Assembly (NCBI GenBank): GCA_041658785.1
Contig: JBAZZL010000002.1
Span: 1,714-65,713 of the forward strand
Length of the DNA stretch: 64,000 nt
Direction: 5' to 3'
Origin: Patescibacteria group bacterium
GTDB taxonomy: Bacteria > Patescibacteriota > Patescibacteriia > Magasanikbacterales > UBA922
Every line of letters begins with the position of its first letter. Position 1 is the stretch's first letter. Both the position numbers and the translations under genes were made by a program. This document shows, piece after piece, positions 1 through 8,322 of the stretch. The notes beneath the pieces are model-generated. The model searched no databases and was not told the DNA's origin. It was given only the letters and a program-made list of their open reading frames with translations.

Positions 1-7
1 AGAAGTC

Positions 8-841
8 TTGAGCGACCAGACATTTTATCGTGTTGATACAGTAACATGGTCGCCAACCAAAGATGAAGCTGTTCTGGAATATCCTGACGGCGCCAACATC
101 TACTATAATTTCGCGACCAAAAAACAAGTTACCTTGCCAAAACATTGGGAAGAGTTCTCTTTTTCTTCATTAGGTGACAAAATAGCATCAAAAAGCATTG
201 GTCTGGCTCCAGAAAATCGCTGGCTAATAACAGCCAGTCCAGAGGGCAATGACATTGAACTCATTGAACCGATGGGAAATAACGCTGACAAAGTTACCGT
301 AGACTGGTCTCCAAATAAGCAAATAGTGGCTCTCTCTTTGACCGGCGAACCGCAAGGAGCCAACCGGCAGGAAGTGCTGTTTGTCGGCCTGCACGGAGAA
401 AATTTCAAATCAACAATCGTGGAAGGCCGAGGGATCATCAGCCAATGGTCGCCATCAGGAAAAAGGCTGCTTTACAGCGTGTACAACGCGCGCAACGATT
501 ACAAGCCGGAGCTGTGGATAGAAAACGCGGAAGGCGATGAAATCGGCACGGGCAGAAAAATTCTTAATATTAATACCTGGGCAGACAAATGCGCGTTCGC
601 GGACGAAAGATTTGTCTATTGCGCAGCGCCGAATTCTCTAAAACGCGGCGCCGGTTTTGCCCCGCAGACCGCCGACGACACGGCTGATACTATTTATAGA
701 ATTGATACTGAGACCGGCCTGCGCGCTCCAATTGAAACGGATGAATCCCGCACAATTAAATCAATGTTTTTAAGCGATGACGGCCGAAATCTATATTTTA
801 CCGACAAAAAACAAGAGGGCCTTTTCCAATTAGCGCTATAG
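8..841 (+). CDS. TolB/WD40-like beta-propeller protein, probably 5'-truncated by the window edge
   Basis: Repeated WSP-x-G/K blade motifs (TWSPTK, DWSPNK, QWSPSG); the frame appears to run in from the window start. Confidence 0.6.
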   Translation: MSDQTFYRVDTVTWSPTKDEAVLEYPDGANIYYNFATKKQVTLPKHWEEFSFSSLGDKIASKSIGLAPENRWLITASPEGNDIELIEPMGNNADKVTVDWSPNKQIVALSLTGEPQGANRQEVLFVGLHGENFKSTIVEGRGIISQWSPSGKRLLYSVYNARNDYKPELWIENAEGDEIGTGRKILNINTWADKCAFADERFVYCAAPNSLKRGAGFAPQTADDTADTIYRIDTETGLRAPIETDESRTIKSMFLSDDGRNLYFTDKKQEGLFQLAL

Positions 842-843
842 AT

Positions 844-1497
844 ATGATCAAAACTCGACACATTTTATTTATCTTGCTTCCGGCAATTCTCATCGTGGCT
901 TTTGCCTTGTTTGTGCGCGCGCTTCAATACGAACCGCTGCAGCCAAAAAAAACAGAAGAAAAAGAAACGGTGGAACCAAAGACTGCTAAACTGCAAATAC
1001 CAATTTCCCCGGATGACCCGATTATGGGCGGCAAAAAAGCTCCCATCACTCTTATTGCTTTTGAAGATCTTGCCTGCGGACACTGCGCCGAACAAGACGC
1101 GATATTCAAAGAGTTGCTGGCAAAACATCCGAATAAAATAAAAATTATCTGGAAGCCTCTGCCGGTAATTTTTTTACCCTATCCATCAGGTACCGCTCAT
1201 AAATACGCGTTTTGCGCCAATAAACAAAATAAATTTGAAGAATTTAAAACTATCGCTTTCTCCAACCAAATGGAACTATCTCCAAACATACTAAGCGCGA
1301 TAGCGGAACAAATTAATCTAAATCCCGAAATATTGCAATCGTGCCTTGAGTCTGGCGAGGTTGCGTCATATTTAGAAACCACGAAACAGCTGGGAATAGC
1401 GCTGAATATTCAATCAGTCCCCGCGATATTTTTTAATAACGTCCAAATTGAAAACCAAACAACAGTTACTGGATGGAAAACTTTACTCCAATTATGA
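844..1497 (+). CDS. DsbA-family thioredoxin-fold protein with N-terminal membrane anchor
   Basis: CGHC active site, DDPIMGGKKAPITLIAFED and IQSVPAIF cis-Pro loop, N-terminal hydrophobic helix. Confidence 0.85.
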   Translation: MIKTRHILFILLPAILIVAFALFVRALQYEPLQPKKTEEKETVEPKTAKLQIPISPDDPIMGGKKAPITLIAFEDLACGHCAEQDAIFKELLAKHPNKIKIIWKPLPVIFLPYPSGTAHKYAFCANKQNKFEEFKTIAFSNQMELSPNILSAIAEQINLNPEILQSCLESGEVASYLETTKQLGIALNIQSVPAIFFNNVQIENQTTVTGWKTLLQL

Positions 1498-3929
1498 CAA
1501 AACACGCTAATAATAAAAAACCTCTGCTGGCATGGATGGCAATGATTTTTTTTGTGTTTGCGATTATTTTCTTGCCAATGGCAACAAACGCGCAAACCAG
1601 CCAAGACAGTCCATGCGACAATGTAGATACCGGCGTAAGCAGCGTCTGGCAAGTTCTCGGCACTACCGCTGGAACCCGCTCCGAAGGACTGGAAAACAGA
1701 AATCCGGCAAACGCGTCAGACGAAATACTAGGCATAATCTGCCAGCCGCAACCAAGGATCAAATTACCGGGCCTGACATTCAGCAGTCCGCAAGATGTGG
1801 CAAATACCGCGGTGCGAGAGCCAGACGGTTCGGTCTATGTCTATATCCCCTTTTTGGGCGAATATCTGGCCGCGGTGTACAAATGGGCAGTAGGCGCCGC
1901 CGGCATCATCGCGGTCCTCATGATCATCGTTTCCGGCATTCAATATATGCTGCCAGGCAATGTCATCACCAATGTGCTGACAAAATTAGGCGGAGAGCGC
2001 CAGGAAGAGTCGGTCAACAAAGCAAAAAAAAGAATAGCCGGCGCGATCATCGGGCTCATCCTCGCTGTGGGATCATACGTTATCTTGTGGACAATCAACC
2101 CTGAGCTGGTGCAGTTCAAAAATTTGAAAGTGCAGTATATCAGACCTGAAGGAGGCCGTCCCACCACCCTCAATGTCGCCTGCGCTTTTCCTCTCGCCTC
2201 GGGCAGTCTTGATACAACCGGCGCCGCGGATGAATATAACCAAATGGGAATTAACTACAACTTTGGTGAAGTACGAACTGACACAAATGACCTTTGTTCT
2301 TCTACAAATAACAGATGTCACACCGGAATAGACATCCATACCCAGCCGCCCGGGCAAGTGGTAGCGGTAGCAGAGGGCACTGTTATTTCAATTAGCGAAA
2401 GAATGTCAAAATGCGATAAAGGCTGGGGAGTGGTAACAAACTCTCCAAACTCTCAAGACAATGACAATGGCAAATACAGAGGTGTCGGCGTTTTAATTTT
2501 CCACCCTTCGCTAAACAAGATCATTAATTATGGCGAATTGGACAAATCATCTGTAACTCTTGATGTGGGAAATACTGTCCAACCTGGCGCGCTTCTAGGC
2601 ATAGCCAGCTATTGCGGTATGCTGCATCTGGAAGTTTATGATGGTAGTAATTATGGTCAAGCAGGCGGTTTTGACACAGGATTCGGATACTTTGGAACAG
2701 GTAATGTCACCTTGAACTGGTGTCCGCGAGAAGAAATTAATATAACTAATGCAGAAGAAAAATGTAAAAGCTACCTGGTAGCAGGCCGAGGTCCAAATGG
2801 CCTGATAGATTCAACCGACTTGGTGCGCCAGCTAGAAAGCGGCTCTTGCGCGGGTGGAGCAAACACCGTGCCTGTTGGCGCCTTGGCCACCTGCGACAGC
2901 ACAGCTGGAACCACCATTGCCAGCGATTCAACTCCTGAATCATCAATAGAATCTGTAAAAAATCGTTGGGAAAACGCCGCCAACGAAAAAAATTTAATAG
3001 GAAATACCTTAATTACCAAATTTGGCTCAAACGGTCAGGCGGACGGATTGTATAGAAAAGATGTTGGCAGAATCACAATAATTTATGTGCCTTGCAGTGT
3101 CAACTGGAATAATCCGGTTGAATTAATTTATTATTTCCATGGCAACAACGGTTTTGACAGCCAATTAAATATTAATCAAAGAGTAATTCCTCAACTCAAA
3201 ACCATGCAGGACGCGAGAAGAAATTTCATTTTTGTCTTCCCTGAATTGCCATGGTCAGCAGACAAGGATGGCAGTACAACAAGAAACTATCTTCCTGGAC
3301 CTGGCGATGCAGGCGATAGAGGTGAAACTGTCGATGGCGTCCAATATCCATCTCGAGGCAGTATGTCAGACTTTGCAATGGACAATTTTCAAGCAGATGT
3401 CGTGTTATGGATCAATACTCAATTTCCAAATATTCCAAAAAACTTTGTCATTTCCATGAGCGGCCACAGTCGTGGAGGCAATGCCTTGAATAAAATTGCC
3501 GACAAATTGGATAACATTGATTCTCTCGGCGCAATTAGATCCATAACTTTTTCTGACGCTGATTATGGAAATCCAGAATTAAATCCAAGTAGAATAAGTT
3601 ACGCGATGAATATCTATAATCAATATGTAAGAGTAAACCACGGAACAGAATTAAATCTGCTGGTTGAAGATCCGAGCCTTCCCACAGCCCATTTACCAAC
3701 CCAAAATGCGATAAGTCTGGTTAACTTGCTTACTACCCCTCCTTTTGACACTCCTTGGGAATGGATAGATGGCGGCGATGAAACAGCATCGGCAGGCACG
3801 CCAGGAGCACTTCCTGACGTTCCATACTATGTTCAAGGACATAATAATAATATTATATATCTACCACTTAATAAGAATCACGAGGGAGTTGGAAACATGT
3901 CCATAGCTTGGCCAACACCAATGCCTTGA
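1494..3929 (+). CDS. Pilin-like membrane protein fused to an M23-type peptidase and an alpha/beta-hydrolase-like domain
   Basis: Signal peptide; two TM helices with the CPR pilin-like pattern (AKKRIAGAIIGLILAVGSYVILWTINP); HTGID and LHLE Zn motifs; YFHG and GHSRG; ATG at 1494 overlaps the previous stop (ATGA). Confidence 0.65.
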   Translation: MTKHANNKKPLLAWMAMIFFVFAIIFLPMATNAQTSQDSPCDNVDTGVSSVWQVLGTTAGTRSEGLENRNPANASDEILGIICQPQPRIKLPGLTFSSPQDVANTAVREPDGSVYVYIPFLGEYLAAVYKWAVGAAGIIAVLMIIVSGIQYMLPGNVITNVLTKLGGERQEESVNKAKKRIAGAIIGLILAVGSYVILWTINPELVQFKNLKVQYIRPEGGRPTTLNVACAFPLASGSLDTTGAADEYNQMGINYNFGEVRTDTNDLCSSTNNRCHTGIDIHTQPPGQVVAVAEGTVISISERMSKCDKGWGVVTNSPNSQDNDNGKYRGVGVLIFHPSLNKIINYGELDKSSVTLDVGNTVQPGALLGIASYCGMLHLEVYDGSNYGQAGGFDTGFGYFGTGNVTLNWCPREEINITNAEEKCKSYLVAGRGPNGLIDSTDLVRQLESGSCAGGANTVPVGALATCDSTAGTTIASDSTPESSIESVKNRWENAANEKNLIGNTLITKFGSNGQADGLYRKDVGRITIIYVPCSVNWNNPVELIYYFHGNNGFDSQLNINQRVIPQLKTMQDARRNFIFVFPELPWSADKDGSTTRNYLPGPGDAGDRGETVDGVQYPSRGSMSDFAMDNFQADVVLWINTQFPNIPKNFVISMSGHSRGGNALNKIADKLDNIDSLGAIRSITFSDADYGNPELNPSRISYAMNIYNQYVRVNHGTELNLLVEDPSLPTAHLPTQNAISLVNLLTTPPFDTPWEWIDGGDETASAGTPGALPDVPYYVQGHNNNIIYLPLNKNHEGVGNMSIAWPTPMP

Positions 3930-3947
3930 CTTGAAGTGAATATTTTT

Positions 3948-5399
3948 ATGGTTAAAATAAAAAATATTATTTTTATCTGTTCCAACTGCGGCGCTCAATA
4001 CCAGAAATGGGTTGGGCGTTGTTTGGAGTGCGGGAAGTGGGGAACGATTGAACAACAGACAAAATACCTGGAAAAAAATACAAACCAGTCCGAGCATCCT
4101 GTGGCGCGGACAAAGGGTTTGCATGAAATAGAAATGACGAATGTCAAAAGAATAATGACAGGTATTGGTGAATTGGATAGAGTTTTAGGCGGCGGGATCG
4201 TGCCGGGCAGTTTAATCTTGCTCGGCGGCGAGCCGGGCATTGGCAAGTCCACGCTCGCCTTGCAACTCGCCGCGTCGGTGAAAAATACTCTCTACATCTC
4301 CGGCGAAGAATCGGTTGAACAAATTGCGATGAGGGCGAAGCGATTGTTGAAACTGGAAACTAGAAACTTGAAACAGGAAGAGAAAACATTGGCTTCAACA
4401 CCAGTTTCCAGTTTCCAGTTTCCAATTTCTTCTCTCCAGCTTGCCAACGAGACAAACACCGAAACGATCTGCGCGACAATAAAGAAAGATTCGCCACCCC
4501 TCGCCATCATTGATTCTATTCAAACTATCTACTCGGACGAAGTCGCCGGCGAACCCGGCAACCCCACCCAAATCCGCGCCTGCGCCGCCAAACTTCTTGA
4601 AACAGCAAAAACAAACAACTCGCTATCCGTAAATCAGGATTATCCGTTATCCGTAAGTCCCGTAAGTCCCGCAATAATCATTATTGGTCATGTAACGAAA
4701 GACGGCTCCGTCGCCGGCCCAAAAATGCTGGAACACCTCGTTGACACGGTTTTATATTTTGAAGGCGACCAGCATCATAACCTACGAATTTTAAGAGCAA
4801 CGAAAAACCGCTTCGGCTCAACCGACGAAGTGGGAATTTTTGAAATGGCTGAAGCGGGACTAAAAGAAGTAAAAAATCCCTCGCAATACTTGCTGGACGA
4901 ACGCGGCGAAAACATGCCAGGCAGTGTGGTAACATGTCTCATGGAAGGAACGCGGCCGCTCCTCGTGGAAGTGCAAGCATTAGTAAGTAAAACTTCTTTT
5001 GGCTACCCGGTGCGCAAAGCCAGCGGGTTTGATTTGAATCGTTTGCATGTTTTGACCGCGGTACTGCAAACACGCGCGGGATTAAATCTCGCTCAATACG
5101 ATATTCATCTCAATATTGTCGGCGGAGTCAAAGCCGACGAGCCAGCTACTGACCTCGCCGTATGCCTAGCAATCGCCAGCGCGTACAAAAACAAGGCGCT
5201 GGGGGCTGATTTGGTGGTATTTGGTGAAGTGGGGCTGGGCGGCGAAGTTAGATCAGTCAAGCAGGTGGAAAGAAGAATTAAAGAATGCGAGAATTTGGGG
5301 ATGAAGCGGGTGATTACCCGTTTGAGGAGCGGAGCGAGCGCGAAGATTAAGGCGGCGGATGTGAAGAATATCGGGGAGTTGATCAAAATGTCGGCGTAG
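3948..5399 (+). CDS. radA: DNA repair protein RadA/Sms
   Basis: C4 zinc finger, GEPGIGKST Walker A, KNRFG motif, Lon-like C-terminus; carries two repeat-derived insertions. Confidence 0.97.
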   Translation: MVKIKNIIFICSNCGAQYQKWVGRCLECGKWGTIEQQTKYLEKNTNQSEHPVARTKGLHEIEMTNVKRIMTGIGELDRVLGGGIVPGSLILLGGEPGIGKSTLALQLAASVKNTLYISGEESVEQIAMRAKRLLKLETRNLKQEEKTLASTPVSSFQFPISSLQLANETNTETICATIKKDSPPLAIIDSIQTIYSDEVAGEPGNPTQIRACAAKLLETAKTNNSLSVNQDYPLSVSPVSPAIIIIGHVTKDGSVAGPKMLEHLVDTVLYFEGDQHHNLRILRATKNRFGSTDEVGIFEMAEAGLKEVKNPSQYLLDERGENMPGSVVTCLMEGTRPLLVEVQALVSKTSFGYPVRKASGFDLNRLHVLTAVLQTRAGLNLAQYDIHLNIVGGVKADEPATDLAVCLAIASAYKNKALGADLVVFGEVGLGGEVRSVKQVERRIKECENLGMKRVITRLRSGASAKIKAADVKNIGELIKMSA

Positions 5400-5467
5400 T
5401 CTGCGACCGCCCGACAACTCATCCTCTGTCTGGCAGTTAATCCGAGCGATGGTGCTCCAACTTTCTC

Positions 5468-5681
5468 TGGCGGTAGTCCGACAACTCTATCCCTGTCCCT
5501 TTCCCTTATGAAGGGAAAGGGAACCCATTAAGCGGGTTCAATTAAAATTCAATCGTTAGGTCATTTTCCTTTAGAAGAGAAAGCGCGGTTAACGATTGAA
5601 TTAAGGATAAACTTTCTTAACGAGTCCTCCTTCCCTTCATAAGGGAAGGAGACAGAGGATGAGTTGTCGGATTACCGCCAG
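5468..5681. mobile_element. ~215-bp MITE/REP-like element with terminal inverted repeats (copy 1)
   Basis: Near-identical to 34391-34604; ends GGCGGTAGTCCGACAACTC / GAGTTGTCGGATTACCGCC; internal palindromes TTCCCTTATGAAGGGAA. Confidence 0.8.
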
Positions 5682-5867
5682 CCCTGGGAAACAGAGAGAT
5701 TGTCGAGCCACCACCCACCCCCTGTTTGCACCGCCCAATGAAGGTATTTATAAATTCATCTCTTATGGTACTGCCCGCGACACCTCATCCCCTGCCCTTC
5801 TCCTAAAAGGAGAAGGGAGACGAAACAAACTCCTCCTTCTCCTAAAGCAGAAAATACCACAAAATAT

Positions 5868-6170
5868 ATGGACCCAAAGAAAATAAAACTTGATCCCGAA
5901 GAACAATGGATTGATGACCACGTTGAAGAATTCGTGCCCGTTTCCACTGAAGAAAAACAGAGATTCGGGCAAGCAATGGCAAAGGCCAGAAAAGACCATA
6001 CGATCAGTCTGCGGCTAAACGGCACGGAACTTTTGGAGTTAAAACAAATCGCCAGACAAGAATGCCTCCCCTACCAGACCTTTGTTTCCAGCATCCTGCA
6101 CAAATATCTCACCCACCAGCTCATTGACGCGCGGGAAGTAAAGAAGATTCTCGCTCTTATGAAAAAGTAA
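5868..6170 (+). CDS. CopG/BrnA-like ribbon-helix-helix antitoxin (orphan)
   Basis: Acidic N-terminus followed by ISLRL...LKQIA...LPYQTFVSSILHKY. Confidence 0.75.
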   Translation: MDPKKIKLDPEEQWIDDHVEEFVPVSTEEKQRFGQAMAKARKDHTISLRLNGTELLELKQIARQECLPYQTFVSSILHKYLTHQLIDAREVKKILALMKK

Positions 6171-6359
6171 ATCGCCACAACCTCGATTTCTTTATACACC
6201 TCATACACTTATCCACACCTCATCCTTGAACTCTCTCTCTCTATGATTTACTACCTCTGGTTCTTTATACGTTCTGTCTGACTTAATCGCGGCGTGGTGT
6301 AATTAAGCATCGCGTGGTGTGATTAAGAAAGACAAACAAAAAAAGGAAAGAGAGAAGTC

Positions 6360-7199
6360 ATGAGAGATTTAAAACAAAATCTGGCAGTTGGTGGATTCAT
6401 GTTATCGCTTCTGTCCTGCGGGACGGAGAGTCGGCAGGAGGTGCCACAGCCGCGTGACAACCGTGACGTGCCACAGCACTTCACTGTGAACCTGAATCTG
6501 CGCTTCCAACGGACGACGGAGGGAGTCCTCTACGGCCAAATGATCGGCCGACTGGAGTACGATGAGACACTCCAGCAACTAGCGCAGGAAACCATTGACT
6601 CAGGTCAGTTCGCGGACAACCCCCAGGAGGTGGAGCTCCTGGAGAAGATCACAACTGGCAGTACCGAAGTCGGTCTCGCCGACTTCACCATCGAACTAGG
6701 AAGCGAACACACTGTCACCGACCACGATGGTACCTTCCAGCTCGCTATCACCGGCGAAGATTCCTTCATCACTGTGAAGTACGACGAAGTGGATGGCACT
6801 ACCTCCACGCTGGCCACCTTTGACATTCCTCAAGAGCCTGGTATGATGGAGATGTTCGTCCCGCTCCAGTTCGACCATCAACACTCCCAGAGCCGCCCTC
6901 TCCACGATCACAGTATAGATCAAGGAGAGTATCAGCAAGTCGAACAGGGACTCAATTATACCAGGGATCTTTCCTGCCGGAAATGCAACGGCTGGTGGGA
7001 CCGGGACGGCGGTCGGGCAGGTAGCGACTGTTTCCGTGCACTCAGCCAAAGGTTCGCTCCTTGCTGGGCTGAAATGATGAAGATTCCATCGATCTTGGGG
7101 GGTCGATTCTGCAACGGCACCAGAAACTGCTCAATCCAGATCGGCCACGGTTGGAATGACACCCACACCCACGGCAGTTCGGTCTGGTACTGCCGCTGA
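6360..7199 (+). CDS. Putative lipoprotein with Cys/His-rich C-terminal domain
   Basis: Lipobox-like LLSC; acidic middle region; seven Cys in the last ~76 aa; more GC-rich than the flanks. Confidence 0.65.
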   Translation: MRDLKQNLAVGGFMLSLLSCGTESRQEVPQPRDNRDVPQHFTVNLNLRFQRTTEGVLYGQMIGRLEYDETLQQLAQETIDSGQFADNPQEVELLEKITTGSTEVGLADFTIELGSEHTVTDHDGTFQLAITGEDSFITVKYDEVDGTTSTLATFDIPQEPGMMEMFVPLQFDHQHSQSRPLHDHSIDQGEYQQVEQGLNYTRDLSCRKCNGWWDRDGGRAGSDCFRALSQRFAPCWAEMMKIPSILGGRFCNGTRNCSIQIGHGWNDTHTHGSSVWYCR

Positions 7200-7221
7200 C
7201 ATTCTCTCTCCTGACACACAT

Positions 7222-7260
7222 GGTGGCTGTTCGCTTGGTTCTACCAAGCGAACAGCCACC
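7222..7260. terminator. Perfect 17-bp hairpin after the lipoprotein gene
   Basis: GGTGGCTGTTCGCTTGG-ttcta-CCAAGCGAACAGCCACC; no clear U-tract. Confidence 0.55.
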
Positions 7261-7305
7261 GCTTCCCTCCTGATCATGACATCTATTCATTGTATTCATC
7301 TAAAT

Positions 7306-7515
7306 ATGTACACCATTCTTTTTCAACTCTTCCTCATATTATCCTTAATCTCCTTTATTATAGGACAATATCACATCGTCCGTTGGGTGATAAGACGAGT
7401 CTTGAAAAACGTTCAGCACACTCGCCTGATCACTATCATTTGCTTGATTATTTTACTCATCCTGGAGGGCATACTTTTCATATATAATTGGGATCAGTCG
7501 ATGAACTTGCCGTGA
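7306..7515 (+). CDS. Small two-TM membrane protein (69 aa)
   Basis: 3' part of ORF 7156-7515 from ATG 7306; two hydrophobic helices with a basic loop. Confidence 0.5.
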   Translation: MYTILFQLFLILSLISFIIGQYHIVRWVIRRVLKNVQHTRLITIICLIILLILEGILFIYNWDQSMNLP

Positions 7516-7797
7516 TTGGCAGTATCCCTGGCAGAAGACAAAAAAATTGGTAAAAAATAGCTATAATGGACTGGAAAATCTGAACAGCACTATCATAAAC
7601 AAAAAACCACCAACCCTCTTGGTGATTTTTTATTCATCAACACGCGCTATCACGCTACCGCGCGTTGACAAGGGTTGGGGGACGCGGTATTTCACACGTA
7701 CACCCCACCCTCCTTGGTGGGTCCCCGCCCGAAATGGCAGGGAGTTGGAAAGAAACTATGGCCTCAGGTCTTTGAGGCCGGTGGGAAACGACGATGG

Positions 7798-8055
7798 CTA
7801 GAAGATCGCGCTCAACTCTTCCACCAGTTTCGGCCTGTCCTCCAGATGAGAAGGCATGCCGATGACCGCTCCATCTCGAACGAGGATCTCTACCTTGTGT
7901 CCACTACCCTTGACGATGGCGTCAGCATCCAAGCGCTCCTTCCGGAACGCCAGGGCTACCTTCGCCCGAAGAGTAGTGTCGAGCTTCCCATTGCGTCCCA
8001 CGACCACATGACCCCCAAACTGACTGGAGAATACCTCGATCTTCACAAGACTCAT
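7798..8055 (-). CDS. Small hypothetical protein (85 aa)
   Basis: AGAGAGG RBS just before ATG 8055; upstream TTGACA-17-TATGAT promoter at 8132-8160. Confidence 0.55.
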   Translation of the reverse strand: MSLVKIEVFSSQFGGHVVVGRNGKLDTTLRAKVALAFRKERLDADAIVKGSGHKVEILVRDGAVIGMPSHLEDRPKLVEELSAIF

Positions 8056-8322
8056 CGCGACCTCTCTGACTATGGCCTTCGGTTTTGTGTTCGCTTCCCT
8101 TGCGAACAAACCTCAGGCTGTTGATGAAAAAATCATACCAAAATAAAAACCCAGTGTCAAGAGCAGACACAGGGTAATGACTCCAAACCATCAATCACTA
8201 ATATGGTTCCACACAATCTTTCGGTCTTCCGATCTTTCAGTCTTTGACTCTCGATCTTCAACATTTGGGTATTGGCAATTGGAAATTTTATTAGGTGAAT
8301 TAGAAATTAGGTGAATTAGAAA

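Noticed and set aside
6288-6325. tRNA-like start GGCGTGGTGTAAT
   Set aside because: No anticodon or T arm follows
7675-8124. 149-aa plus-strand ORF
   Set aside because: The promoter and RBS support the opposite-strand ORF 7798-8055 instead
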